A stretch of DNA of 64,000 bases from Candidatus Bathyarchaeota archaeon (GCA_963811105.1 CAWEPZ010000011.1:704001-768000), one strand, 5' to 3'. Positions 10,855-21,168 are shown, numbered from the stretch's first letter. Numbers and translations are program-made. The notes: generated by a model from the sequence alone, not told the origin.

Positions 10855-10952
10855 GTCATTCTCTGATTAACCATTAGGGAGATGAATAAGTAAAAACGTT
10901 TAGTCCAATAATCGTGTGGTTTCATTCCACAAAAGAGCAAAGGAAGAATTGG

Positions 10953-11061
10953 TGGTGCCGGGAACGGGATTCGAGCCCGTGACTTCTGGTTGTAGGACGC
11001 TTGCCCCTTACAAACTCCAGATTATGAGTCTGGCGCCCTAGCCAGGCTAGGCTACCCCGGC
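10953..11061 (-). tRNA. tRNA-Met(CAT), elongator type, with a 31-nt intron at non-canonical position 45/46 (10984-11014); CCA encoded
   Basis: Acceptor GCCGGGG/TCCCGGC, anticodon arm CCAGA-CTCATAA-TCTGG, T arm ACGGG-CTCGAAT-CCCGT. Removing 10984-11014 restores the variable loop AGGTC. Confidence 0.92.
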
Positions 11062-11198
11062 AATTTGCCATTGATTTTTCTAGCCGTGTCTTTTTAGTCT
11101 GTTTTCCTTCATTTAAACTTTTAAATCTTTTTTTGCCGTATCTAACTGTCCAGGGGAGACTTCAGAGCTCACGTTTGAACCAATTATTTGTTTTTGGG

Positions 11199-12713
11199 TT
11201 ATTGAATTTTGAGGAGCCATCTTTTCTTCCAATAGAAAACTGCAATCAGCAATGCAATAACCAATATTGCTACTACAAGAACGATGGTTGTGGTGGTTGT
11301 AGTTTGAGAGTTGATTAGAGGCGGTGTGGGTGTTGGAAACGATGGAGTTGGGGTTTCAACAGGAGTGGGAGTTGCAGTAGGAGTAGGAGTAACAACAGGG
11401 GTTGATGTTGGACTTGTAGTTGGAAATACTGTTGGAGTCGAGGTTAGTGTGGTTAAGGAAGTAGCTGTTGGAGTTGGGGTAGGAGAATTGCCAGAGGTCG
11501 GATCGGCTATCGTTGCAATTCGGTAGATATAACACCCAACTGGAAACGTGAAAGTCTTCACTACTTGCCCTGCAGGATTCACTTCAATTAAAAATGCCCC
11601 CGTGTTATTGAAGTTCCAGGGTTGATTTTGGGGCATTTGATGGGTCGGGTCTCCAAAGTCGCCTATGTAGTCCCCGTTTGGAAGAAGCATAGCACCACCT
11701 GCGTAGGAATTCCAATATTGTGTTGGGGCTTCCCAACTCCAATTCACATATGCAGTCATGCTTGTTTGGTTCAATGTCAACTCAATCATTCTGCTGTGAC
11801 AATCGTTGGGATTGGTAATATTATTGTAGTCGTTGTCAAACATTGTGAAGACATCGGGTGCTACTTGTTTAGTATTATGACTATGATACCATAGACTGGA
11901 GACTTGGCTGCCGTTATCACCAAGAAGAGTGAAATTTCCAAATTGGCCGCATGCCCAAATTATGTCTCCTGAGATTTGATTTATCTTGTAGAACGTATTG
12001 GTGCACCTCAGGTTCAGGTATATTATGTTGTTGTTGTAGTCCCAATCAAGGGAGTTAGAATGCGAGAAATCAATCAAGGTTTGACCGTTAAAAACGGTTG
12101 TTTCGTTGAATGAGGAAGCTTCACTGAGCGGTATATGGTCATAGATATCCCAACTCCAAAGGATATTTCCGTTTGGATCTAACTGTAAAATTTTGTCTAT
12201 AAGAAATGAGTTATTCCCAACGACTCTCACGTAGCTCTGCAAGGTTAGAAAAGTATTGTCGGTTGGATTGTATTGAATATCATGATGACTTATAACGTTG
12301 GGAAAATCTATGGTAGTGCCAGTGGATAAGTTCCAGATATGCGTAGCATATGTTGGGGCGCTGTTTGCTCCACCAGTTTGAGGCTCACCTTGAAACACCA
12401 AGGTATTTGGCGCAATTTCGTAAGCGACTCCATACGCCGTGGAAGACGAACGCAGGTCTAGCAAGTTACCATCAGTATCCATAATCACCATATAATTTCC
12501 TGCTCCTGCAGTACCGGCGATGCCACTGCTTATTTCTAGATCAAAAGCCAAGTCGCCAGCCCATGCGTTTCCATATGTGTTGATTGAACAGGGTACAGTA
12601 AAGTTGATTGCTTGAGAATCAGCGATTGGAGAAAAAATAAGTGTTATTAAACAAAAAGCCGCTGCTGATGATGCAAGAATTATTCTCGTGTTCTTAGAAA
12701 AAATAGGCACCAT
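11199..12713 (-). CDS. Surface-anchored aryl-sulfate sulfotransferase (ASST)-like beta-propeller protein
   Basis: Signal peptide, SHHD, DFSHSNSLD, HSHN...MFDN motifs, Pro/Thr linker, C-terminal TM plus basic tail. Confidence 0.75.
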   Translation of the reverse strand: MVPIFSKNTRIILASSAAAFCLITLIFSPIADSQAINFTVPCSINTYGNAWAGDLAFDLEISSGIAGTAGAGNYMVIMDTDGNLLDLRSSSTAYGVAYEIAPNTLVFQGEPQTGGANSAPTYATHIWNLSTGTTIDFPNVISHHDIQYNPTDNTFLTLQSYVRVVGNNSFLIDKILQLDPNGNILWSWDIYDHIPLSEASSFNETTVFNGQTLIDFSHSNSLDWDYNNNIIYLNLRCTNTFYKINQISGDIIWACGQFGNFTLLGDNGSQVSSLWYHSHNTKQVAPDVFTMFDNDYNNITNPNDCHSRMIELTLNQTSMTAYVNWSWEAPTQYWNSYAGGAMLLPNGDYIGDFGDPTHQMPQNQPWNFNNTGAFLIEVNPAGQVVKTFTFPVGCYIYRIATIADPTSGNSPTPTPTATSLTTLTSTPTVFPTTSPTSTPVVTPTPTATPTPVETPTPSFPTPTPPLINSQTTTTTTIVLVVAILVIALLIAVFYWKKRWLLKIQ

Positions 12714-12888
12714 ATTCCTCTTTGTTTTTCTTACGATGGCTTAATTCCTTTTTTAACGTTTGCCCAAAACAAGACATGACTTTTGAGTCTGAATTAACTT
12801 ATAAGTATTTTTGTTTGAGATCTTGTCTTTACTGGGCCAAAGTTTTATCTGTAGTTTTCAGTTTTCCCAAGGTCTTAGGGCAGGGTTA

Positions 12889-14568
12889 TCATTCACCTTT
12901 TCTGAACTTAACTTTGAGTTTTGAGTACGAATAAACACTTATTCCGATTATAATTAAGATAGCGAACCCTGCTGCATAAATTTCTATGTTGGGGAGAGCA
13001 GCTTGCTTAGGTTCTAAGGTAGGGACTATTTTTTCTGTAGGTAAAGGAGTAGGGGAGAGCGTTGGTTTTGGTGAAGGCAAAGGAGTAGGTGAGATGGTAG
13101 GTTTTAGTGTCGGTAAAGGAGACCGAGATGAAGAAGGCGCAGGCGAATCGGATGTGATAACTTGCGTTCCAACGGAGAAGGTTAAGCTGTTAGTTGAGGG
13201 GCCTCCGCCATCTGCTGGAGTAGTTCCGGGTGCACCATTGTTGGCACCATGCTCATCGAACGCGAGGACTTTTACGGTGTGTAAACCTGAATTCAAACCA
13301 GCAAGGCTGATGTTGTATGAGGCTGAAGCCGTGATTGGTTCAGTATAATTCCAGGTCAAAGAGCAATCTCTCCTCAAATTGTTGTCGACAACAAGTAAGA
13401 CCGACACCAAGTTATCATCTGATGCACTAAAAGTCACCGTTTTTTGATCAGGCCCTGTATCAGCAATGCTAATCGACGGCGTAAGCAAATTGGAAGTATC
13501 ATCCAGAACGGCTTGGCGATGTTGAGCTTCGATGTCAGGAAGACCAAGCTGTAGAGGATAACCGTCTAACGCTGGACTGAAGCTTTGGTTCCATAATCCG
13601 AGGCCATAATAAACTGTGGGGGCAACGTCGACTTCGTCTCCATTACGGTTTACATTATTATCGTTAGTTGCTAAGAAAATGTATGGAGCATTTCGGTGAC
13701 TGAAGCCACCTTCATCGAAACCGTGGTCAGCTGTGATGTAGATTAAAGTGTTCTGAGATAGTCCAAGGGTACCCAATTTGCCAAGAATTTGGCCTAACCA
13801 ATAATCGCAAGTTTGAATTGCGTTTGAGTACTCTTCCGAGTTTTCGCCAAACATGTGGCCGATGTGGTCAGGATCGCTGAAATGGAAGAACCCAAAGAAG
13901 TGGTTGTTGGAGTTGTTTTGGATGAACTGAAGCGTCAGAGGACCCACAACATCTGCATTTCTGTCTTCGTTCAGATCCCCAACGCTAACAAAGTCAAGTT
14001 GAGAAGGAAGGTTGGCGTATAACGCTTCGTTAGAGTATGTTGAAAAGGGGGTTCCAATTGCTGCAGAGCCGGTTCCATCTTCGATTTCCATTTGGTTAAG
14101 CTTTCCCGCGATGAACGCTGTTGCTATTTGATTTGACCCGTAAAAATTCTCGAGCCTTTCAGGAATCGTATACCCTCTAGGTATTGCATTAAACCATATT
14201 GCATTTTCGAAAACGCCAGTTTTCCACCATTTATAGCCTGTTAAGATTTGAGTCCACCCAGCTTTTGTATCAGTAAAATGATCCGATACAGTCACGTTAA
14301 CCATCTTACCTGTTTGAATGAACGCGCTCAAGTTAGGCATCTTCCCCACATTCAACAATTCATACAGATGATTTCTTTGAACCCCATCCCAACCCAGTAA
14401 AATTACATTTGTATTGTTGCCTGTGTAACCTGAGTTGCCGAGAACCAAGTTTGTATTCGATCCCGCAGCTTCAGTTTTTGCAGCCTGTCCGTTAATCCCC
14501 ACCCAAACGGTACATACAAGCAACGTTAACAAAAGTATACTAACATGTCTTGTTCTCAATAAAGACAA
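12889..14568 (-). CDS. Surface-anchored alkaline phosphatase superfamily protein (phosphodiesterase-like)
   Basis: LLGWDG, DPDHIGH and ITADHG metal-binding motifs; P/T linker; C-terminal TM. Confidence 0.82.
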   Translation of the reverse strand: MSLLRTRHVSILLLTLLVCTVWVGINGQAAKTEAAGSNTNLVLGNSGYTGNNTNVILLGWDGVQRNHLYELLNVGKMPNLSAFIQTGKMVNVTVSDHFTDTKAGWTQILTGYKWWKTGVFENAIWFNAIPRGYTIPERLENFYGSNQIATAFIAGKLNQMEIEDGTGSAAIGTPFSTYSNEALYANLPSQLDFVSVGDLNEDRNADVVGPLTLQFIQNNSNNHFFGFFHFSDPDHIGHMFGENSEEYSNAIQTCDYWLGQILGKLGTLGLSQNTLIYITADHGFDEGGFSHRNAPYIFLATNDNNVNRNGDEVDVAPTVYYGLGLWNQSFSPALDGYPLQLGLPDIEAQHRQAVLDDTSNLLTPSISIADTGPDQKTVTFSASDDNLVSVLLVVDNNLRRDCSLTWNYTEPITASASYNISLAGLNSGLHTVKVLAFDEHGANNGAPGTTPADGGGPSTNSLTFSVGTQVITSDSPAPSSSRSPLPTLKPTISPTPLPSPKPTLSPTPLPTEKIVPTLEPKQAALPNIEIYAAGFAILIIIGISVYSYSKLKVKFRKGE

Positions 14569-14801
14569 CTTTCCCCATTATACGACCTCTTCTCAAGATA
14601 CTTATGGCTTTTGCAAAAACCACGTTTTTAATGTAAATCTTTGCACTGAGCAGAACAAAATGTACTTTTTATTAGTTTTTCTGAATCTTAATAGGATTTT
14701 TCAGAAAGAGTTCTGAACTGCCTATCGATAACGTAAAAGTTATTGTTTTTTAACAATAAGCTTATTGGATTGAAAAAAACTCAACATAGAGCGGTGAGTT
14801 T

Positions 14802-15392
14802 ATGTCTTCGGATGAGAATTCCCCTGATTGGTTCAGAAAAAGGCGAAGTAAAGACCCTTTTTTCGGCGATATAGATAATGTGTTCCGTGAAATGGAAAAA
14901 ATGATGGATGAAGAACTTAAAAATTTTACTGAAAAGGTGCCGAAAGAGTATGTTAAAGAGCGTAAACTTCCCGATGGGAGCACGGTCAAAGAGCTTGGTC
15001 CCTTCGTTTACGGTTACAGTATGAAGATTGGTTCTGACGGAAAACCGGAAATTCAAGAGTTTGGAAACATCAAAAAAGGCCTCAAAGGGACGCCGCAGGT
15101 AAAAGAAGAACGCGAACCGCTCGTTGACATCGTAGAAACAGAGGGCGACGTTCACGTAGTTGTTGAGCTTCCTGGTGTAGAAAAAAGTGACATTAAACTT
15201 CACGGCACAGATGATTCTTTGACTATTTCTGTTGATACCCCCCATTACAAATACTACAAGGAAGTTGAGTTGCCAGTAAAAGTTAAGGTTAGAGAAGCTA
15301 ATTCAACCTACAAAAACGGCGTCTTAGAAGTAGTACTCCCCAAAGATGAGCCACAAAATAGGGCTAAAGGGTTACCGATCGACATAGGCTAA
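14802..15392 (+). CDS. hsp20: Archaeal small heat-shock protein Hsp20
   Basis: GPFVYGYSMKIG...EFGN, EPLVDI, ELPGVEK, YKNGVLEV alpha-crystallin motifs. Confidence 0.93.
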   Translation: MSSDENSPDWFRKRRSKDPFFGDIDNVFREMEKMMDEELKNFTEKVPKEYVKERKLPDGSTVKELGPFVYGYSMKIGSDGKPEIQEFGNIKKGLKGTPQVKEEREPLVDIVETEGDVHVVVELPGVEKSDIKLHGTDDSLTISVDTPHYKYYKEVELPVKVKVREANSTYKNGVLEVVLPKDEPQNRAKGLPIDIG

Positions 15393-15438
15393 AAGCTAAA
15401 TTCCAATTCACCCTACTGTTTTAGCAGCGAGTAAAGAA

Positions 15439-15849
15439 ATGAGCGATAATTCAGAAATAGATGCCCTAAACGCTATTTGTCGCGAAGCTAAGACAGAAGG
15501 CAAACTGTCAGGTAGCAACCTAACCGATCTATACGAGCTTTTCGGGTCCAGATTCTCAAAGGCGCTCGACGCCCTAAAAGAGGGCAGAGTAAAAAAATAC
15601 ATTTTCGGGCCAAGCGGTAGAATCGTTTGGATAGTTGTCGGAAGAGAGCGCGATTACCTAATCATGCCTGAAGCAGAATTCTGCACATGTGATGATTTCT
15701 ACTTCAGAGTTTTAGATAAAAAAGTCCACATGTGCTACCATCTGTTAACTCAGAAAATCTCGCAGAACCTAAGCTGGTTTGAAACTATAGAGGAAAATGA
15801 CGAATGCTACGACATGCTAATGAATGAATGGAAAAAAGCTACTCCTTAA
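15439..15849 (+). CDS. SWIM zinc-finger protein
   Basis: FCTCDDF...CYH (CxC...CxH). Confidence 0.8.
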   Translation: MSDNSEIDALNAICREAKTEGKLSGSNLTDLYELFGSRFSKALDALKEGRVKKYIFGPSGRIVWIVVGRERDYLIMPEAEFCTCDDFYFRVLDKKVHMCYHLLTQKISQNLSWFETIEENDECYDMLMNEWKKATP

Positions 15850-15895
15850 ATATGAAGATGCTACAGAATATTTGTAAAATACAAGGAGAATCTCG

Positions 15896-16021
15896 ATGGA
15901 TTTAGGCGCATACTTCCAAACGTTACAATACGTCCTCATGGGCGCAGTGTTTATTTCCCTACTCCTAATCTTCCTTTACGCATATTATGGTAAAGATGAA
16001 GAAGAAGAATTAAGCCAGTAA
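15896..16021 (+). CDS. 41-aa single-pass membrane protein (not in ORF track)
   Basis: AAGGAG upstream of ATG; MDLGAYFQTLQYVLMGAVFISLLLIFLYAYYGKDEEEELSQ*. Confidence 0.6.
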   Translation: MDLGAYFQTLQYVLMGAVFISLLLIFLYAYYGKDEEEELSQ

Positions 16022-16034
16022 ACCCTCATCCCAC

Positions 16035-16334
16035 CTAATTTCTTTCCCTTCCATATCGCCTATTCATAACCCAAAAAAACACTAGGCTCAAAAAAGCAAG
16101 AATTATACCAATCAAAATAAGCAAAATGGAATTAGGCCCTGAACCAAAAACAATTGGAAAAGGACCTATAAAAATAACCACACCCACACTTCCTGAACCA
16201 CCCAAGGACAGAGACGCAAACACAATAACCGCGATACCAACAAAAACCAATGCCACTCCCAAAAGAAGTAACCCAAAAAATCTGTCAGATATTGTGAAGC
16301 CTTCTTCGCCATTTTCAATAAGAACATTAAGCAT
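16035..16334 (-). CDS. DUF131-like membrane protein
   Basis: GVVIFIGPFPIVFGS motif flanked by TM helices. Confidence 0.8.
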   Translation of the reverse strand: MLNVLIENGEEGFTISDRFFGLLLLGVALVFVGIAVIVFASLSLGGSGSVGVVIFIGPFPIVFGSGPNSILLILIGIILAFLSLVFFWVMNRRYGRERN

Positions 16335-16340
16335 ATGGGT

Positions 16341-16601
16341 TTACCTCAACAACCAGTAATAGACTATTATAGTAATGATAAGAGCTATGGTTAGTGCTAA
16401 TGCAAGAGCCAATACCATCTTGACTGATTTTTTATCTGTTCCAAAGATAATTGGGATAGGACCAATCATAATTATCCCTGCACCTTTTACTTTGGCTTTT
16501 TCATTGCCTTGTGTCGAGGCTAAAATAATCGCCAGGATAATGAAAATAATCCCTACGATAACCAACGCTAATCCCAGAATGTATAGGACTGCAGTATCCA
16601 C
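16341..16601 (-). CDS. DUF131 (TIGR00304-like) membrane protein
   Basis: GAGIIMIGPIPIIFGTDK motif; tandem paralog of the previous gene. Confidence 0.85.
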   Translation of the reverse strand: MDTAVLYILGLALVIVGIIFIILAIILASTQGNEKAKVKGAGIIMIGPIPIIFGTDKKSVKMVLALALALTIALIITIIVYYWLLR

Positions 16602-16705
16602 GTCTTCTTCCTCCAGCTCCCCTCTAAGAATAAGACAACAATTTTAATAAACATAGCAAATTTTGAACAAAATGCAAAAAAATAAAAAGCGCGGAATATC
16701 TTATC

Positions 16706-17872
16706 GTGTCAACTCAGATGACCACCCAAGAGATAATAGAAAAAATTCTTACAAAAAACCCAGAAACAAGCCGAGAGCAAATTCAAGAGAAACTACAAGC
16801 TGAAAAAACTCGAACAGGTGGTCTGCTCAGTGATGAAACGCTTCTAAGGTTAATCGCTGCCAGATATGGCGTCGAAGTGCAGCAAAACACAATTAACAAT
16901 AATGGAACCCTCTCCACAAGCCGTTTGTTCGCTGGTTTGTACGACGTGACGGTTGCTGGTCGAGTAATTGCGGTTTTCCCAGTAAAAACTTTTGAAGGAG
17001 AAAAACCCGGCAAGTTCGCTAGTCTTATAATTGCTGACAAAGATGGTGTACTGCGAGTGATGTTATGGAATGATAAGGCTGATTTGATTGAGAGGGGCGA
17101 ATTGAAGGTTGGACAGGCGGTTCGGCTTTTACATGGTTACACGCGGCAAGATTTGTACGGTAAAGTTGAATTACATCTTGGCGGAAAAAGCCAAATTGAA
17201 GTGGAGGCTCAAGAAAAAGCCTATGATTATCCGCCTATAGAAAAATTCGCCACAAAAATAATCTCCCTTAATAAAACATCTGGAAACGTACATCTTTCCG
17301 GTACTGTAAAAACGGTTTTAGGTTTAACCAAATTCACTCGAAACGAGCAAAACGATGGGGCAGTCATGAGATTTACTCTGACGGATGATTCGGGAGAAGT
17401 GACGGTCGTTGCTTGGAACGAAAAAGCGTTAGAACTAGAAAAAACACTTAGGGCGAACACATGTTTGCAATTAGGTAATGTTAAAGTGAAAGAAACCACA
17501 AACGGTAGCATAGAAGTCCACGTTGACTTCACCAGCTTCGTTAACGTTCAAACAGCTGCAATGCAGTTTACTAAAATAGCCAACTTAATTGAGAACCAAA
17601 GCGTCAACGTCCAAGGAATAGTTTCAGCAGTTCTTGAAAGCAAAGAAGTAACAACAGCGAAAGGCGAAACAATTAAGCTGATGGTTTTTGATCTCAAAGA
17701 CGATACAGCCACAGTAAAAGTTTCAGCTTGGCGGGAACATGCAGAAACCTTGAGTGGATTAAAGGTGGGTGATAAGTTGCTTTTAGAGAATGTATTTGTG
17801 AAAAAGGGGTTTGGAGATAAAATAGAGTTGTCCACGAGGAGCGCAACGGTTGCTTCGGTTTTGCCAACTTAA
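16706..17872 (+). CDS. rpa: Replication protein A-like ssDNA-binding protein (three OB folds)
   Basis: N-terminal GGLLSDE helical domain; three repeats of the DxxGxxxxxxW OB pattern (third has A for G). Confidence 0.85.
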   Translation: MSTQMTTQEIIEKILTKNPETSREQIQEKLQAEKTRTGGLLSDETLLRLIAARYGVEVQQNTINNNGTLSTSRLFAGLYDVTVAGRVIAVFPVKTFEGEKPGKFASLIIADKDGVLRVMLWNDKADLIERGELKVGQAVRLLHGYTRQDLYGKVELHLGGKSQIEVEAQEKAYDYPPIEKFATKIISLNKTSGNVHLSGTVKTVLGLTKFTRNEQNDGAVMRFTLTDDSGEVTVVAWNEKALELEKTLRANTCLQLGNVKVKETTNGSIEVHVDFTSFVNVQTAAMQFTKIANLIENQSVNVQGIVSAVLESKEVTTAKGETIKLMVFDLKDDTATVKVSAWREHAETLSGLKVGDKLLLENVFVKKGFGDKIELSTRSATVASVLPT

Positions 17873-18345
17873 ATTTTCTCTTTTGGACTAGCGCAGTATT
17901 TTTCGCAGTATGAGTCGGAAGTTGGGAAAACGGCCTTTACCCGCTCAAGACGCTTTTGAGAGTTAATTTTCTGTTCAAGCGCGACAAGGTTTTTTGGTTT
18001 GCTGAACTGTTCAATTTTGCCGTTTTCTCGTGTGCGCTTGATTTTTATGCAGTCATCAACCATGCAGCTAAGCACGCAGGCTCCGCAATAAACGCATAAG
18101 TCTTCGGTTATTCCTACTTCACCTGTTTTCCAGTACAAAGCATTAGTTGGGCAAGCTTTAACGCACAATTTGCATTGCACACCAACACATGTGTACTTGT
18201 TAACGCTTATACTTCCTTCTCTGAAGAGTTCTTTTACCCCTGTTGGCTCCAAAAGTTCTTGCCTACGCTTCTTTTTTGCCTCCTCTGAGCTATCTTCTGA
18301 TAATAAGCTAAATATGTCAACCGAAGAAGCACTCTTTGCAGGCAT
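17869..18345 (-). CDS. 4Fe-4S dicluster domain protein
   Basis: CVGVQCKLCVKACP and CVYCGACVLSC. Confidence 0.85.
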   Translation of the reverse strand: MPAKSASSVDIFSLLSEDSSEEAKKKRRQELLEPTGVKELFREGSISVNKYTCVGVQCKLCVKACPTNALYWKTGEVGITEDLCVYCGACVLSCMVDDCIKIKRTRENGKIEQFSKPKNLVALEQKINSQKRLERVKAVFPTSDSYCEKYCASPKEKI

Positions 18346-18539
18346 CTAACGTAACCACAGTTAACTGTTCTACTCAGAAATACCTTCCATGAATTATAAT
18401 ACTTATCTTATGATTTTGACGATATTGCCATCAAAATCGAATTAATTTATTATCACATGATATTTGAATGCTAAAACCTAATTACAGCCACTTAACACTT
18501 GAGTTTTTGATTGTGACCTAATCGGCTGGAGAAGTTGAC

Positions 18540-19499
18540 GTGGGCAAACTCAAATTCGGCGTATTTCTTCCATTCTACATGCTACAATCCAAAGGCATAA
18601 AACCGACCGAACGTTTCAACACTATTCGAGATATTGTTTTGGAAAGTGAAAAGTTAGGATACCACTCCGTTTGGTTAGATGACCACTTAATGTATAACGA
18701 TTGGCCTATTCTTGAGTCCTGGACAACGCTATCAGCACTCTCCTCCTTAACCAGCAAGGTGCGGTTGGGAACAATGGTTGCCTGCAGCACACACAGGAAT
18801 CCTGCTCTGCTTGCAAAGATGGCTGCCACTCTGGATGTTATTTCGGGCGGCAGGTTAGAGTTAGGAATTGGAGCAGGAGTCCAAGAAAATGAGCATACGG
18901 CTTATGGATTTGGTTTTCCTAAGCATAAAGTCCGTGTTGCGATTTTGGGTGAGGCTTTGGATGTAATAAAACATCTTTGGATGGAAAAGAAGGCAAACTA
19001 CCAAGGTAAACACTACATATTGAAAGGTGCAGCTTGTGAGCCTAAACCTTTGCAGAAACCGCATCCGCCAATAACCGTGGGTGGAAGCAGTGAGTTGTTG
19101 ATGCAGAAAGTAACTGCGCCTTGTGCTGACAGGTTTGATTGGGGTCTATTGCCAATTGAAGTGTATAAGCGTAGACTTGAAGTCTTAGAGAATCAATGTG
19201 AAGCGATTGGTAGGGATTTTAGTGAGATTGAACGGTCATGCTGGCCAAGCGGCCAAATTCTAATAACGGAGAATAAGCGAGAGCTGGATGAAAAGATAAC
19301 TCAGCTAAAGCCCGCAAATCTTAGCTTGGAAAGTTTCAGGAAGACTACTTTGGCGGGTACAGCAGAAGAATGCTTGGACCAGATGGAGGTTTACAGGGAT
19401 TTGGGTGTTACCTTTTTCATGCTTTATTTTGCTGATTTCCCAAAATTAGATAGTATAAGGTTATTTGCACGAGAAATTGTTAAAAGAGGAGTCGGTTAG
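18540..19499 (+). CDS. LLM-class (luciferase-like) flavin/F420-dependent oxidoreductase
   Basis: SVWLDDH, RNPALLAKMAATLDVISGGRLELGIGAG, PKPLQKPHPPITVGG. Confidence 0.9.
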   Translation: MGKLKFGVFLPFYMLQSKGIKPTERFNTIRDIVLESEKLGYHSVWLDDHLMYNDWPILESWTTLSALSSLTSKVRLGTMVACSTHRNPALLAKMAATLDVISGGRLELGIGAGVQENEHTAYGFGFPKHKVRVAILGEALDVIKHLWMEKKANYQGKHYILKGAACEPKPLQKPHPPITVGGSSELLMQKVTAPCADRFDWGLLPIEVYKRRLEVLENQCEAIGRDFSEIERSCWPSGQILITENKRELDEKITQLKPANLSLESFRKTTLAGTAEECLDQMEVYRDLGVTFFMLYFADFPKLDSIRLFAREIVKRGVG

Positions 19500-19846
19500 A
19501 GGTCGCCTCTAGCTATATGCTCTAATTCATGAACAATAATCTCATCCAATTCATGATAAGAGTTCTTCCTGATCAAAATAATGTATTCGGCATCTTCGTT
19601 TTTTTCCGCGTTGAATACACATGCGTCCGTGCCCGTTGTTGAAAGTACTCTACCCCACTCATATAGCTCTCGAAGGTCATCTTCTGGACATCGTCTATGG
19701 TCAATTATTTTGTTAAAGTCTTCATCGCTTAGCTTTAGTACTTTAATCTTAGGCAATGGCTTGTTAGAAAGATTTTTCCATGCTTTAGCAAGCTTTTTTT
19801 CATGTATATGCTTAGCATTCATTTTCAAGCCTTCAGCTATAACCAT
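19496..19846 (-). CDS. Hypothetical protein with C-terminal HExxH (possible zincin-like)
   Basis: IIVHELEHI near the C-terminus; may start at 19822. Confidence 0.55.
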   Translation of the reverse strand: MVIAEGLKMNAKHIHEKKLAKAWKNLSNKPLPKIKVLKLSDEDFNKIIDHRRCPEDDLRELYEWGRVLSTTGTDACVFNAEKNEDAEYIILIRKNSYHELDEIIVHELEHIARGDL

Positions 19847-20013
19847 TTAAACGCTTCCGATCTATTTTTTGGTTCTCTCTAAAAAACCAGTAAAACTGAT
19901 TCCAACAAGAGTTATAAAAAATAAGAGTTTTTGACGTAAAAGAGTTTGCAGTAGTTATGCCACAACCACAACCTTAGCAAAGTTAACATTCTGCCAGAGT
20001 CTCCAACGAATTA

Positions 20014-20607
20014 TTATTTTTCTTGTTTAAGCCAGTTTGCCAAAAAGACTTGGTTGGTGTTTCCAGTCTTTTCAAGAGAAACGATGCCTCTATCAGCTAA
20101 GCGGGCAATGATTCTGTGGGTTTTTAGTCGGCTTAAGCCGGTTTCATTTCTTATGTATTTTTGGAGATATTTTCCGTTATGGGCATTGAGTACGTTGATT
20201 ATTTTGCGTTCTTCCTCGGTTAAGGTTTTCGAAACGGCGTTGTAGGGTGAGGTTTCGCTTGACGCTTGGGGGCTTAGGATTTTGAATGTTGGTTGGGGTT
20301 GTACTGCAATGATTCTTATTTGTGGGTACAGAAGGTAGTAAGCTAAACCAACGATTCCAAAGATTGTCAGACCAATCATGACAACGAATGAGACTTCAAA
20401 ATAAGATATCAATGGGTTGGTAGTAGTCTGTGTCGTTTGAGTTTGCCCCATCATGCTACCCGTACCGCCTGTTCCTCCCAACATCTGGCTCATCCATCCA
20501 TACGGGTTTTGAGCGGAAGATAAGGTGGCGAAGCCTATTGCAGTTAGAGTTATTAAAGCTGCTATTGAAACGATTAGTATGGCTAAAAAGAGATTAACTC
20601 TTCGCAT
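20014..20607 (-). CDS. Membrane-bound winged-helix protein
   Basis: Two TM segments, then LTEEERKII...GKYLQKYIRNETGLSRLKTHRIIARL...GNTN wHTH. Confidence 0.78.
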   Translation of the reverse strand: MRRVNLFLAILIVSIAALITLTAIGFATLSSAQNPYGWMSQMLGGTGGTGSMMGQTQTTQTTTNPLISYFEVSFVVMIGLTIFGIVGLAYYLLYPQIRIIAVQPQPTFKILSPQASSETSPYNAVSKTLTEEERKIINVLNAHNGKYLQKYIRNETGLSRLKTHRIIARLADRGIVSLEKTGNTNQVFLANWLKQEK

Positions 20608-20773
20608 TTTATATCTAAATTAGACGCATATTCGTAGAATTTAAGGATTTTTGGCTATTAAACAATTTCTCCATGGAAAACACCCATGAAGCGTTTCATT
20701 GAAATGTTTCAGTTTCGTTTCAGCGAACTATCATACCATCCTAAGACATATAGCAATGTTGAGGTGAAAAAGA

Positions 20774-21028
20774 ATGGAAAAAACAAAAGCAATCGTGCTA
20801 ATAATTGCTGCCTCAGTCCTGCTCGTCGCATTTGCAGGCATAGCATATTCGCAGATTGTCAGCGCTCAAACAGCGGGAACAGGCAATGTATCGACCCAAA
20901 CACGACAGAGCACAACTAAGGGCAACAGCTACCAAAATCCACAACAAGGATACTCCCCCTATGGGCCCCAATACGAAGATCCGTATGGTTACAGATTAGG
21001 CATGGGCATGTGTCGACACTTCTATTAA
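20774..21028 (+). CDS. Small secreted/membrane protein with GMGMC C-terminus
   Basis: GAGGTGA RBS, N-terminal hydrophobic helix, Gly/Tyr/Met-rich tail; divergent from the wHTH gene. Confidence 0.6.
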   Translation: MEKTKAIVLIIAASVLLVAFAGIAYSQIVSAQTAGTGNVSTQTRQSTTKGNSYQNPQQGYSPYGPQYEDPYGYRLGMGMCRHFY

Positions 21029-21168
21029 ATAGCGGATATGCCCTAACCCGTTTCTTTATCTTTATGTTTTCGTAAATCAAGGCTTGTTTGAAAAAAGCTT
21101 CTCAAGGAAAGCTTTCTGCTAATTGAATTCTCTAGCATACGGCTGCCCTTTTAGCCTGCACGTCAAGT

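Noticed and set aside
11311-11526. Val/Gly-rich plus-strand ORFs here and at 12986-13348
   Set aside because: They are antisense shadows of Pro/Thr linkers in the real minus-strand genes.
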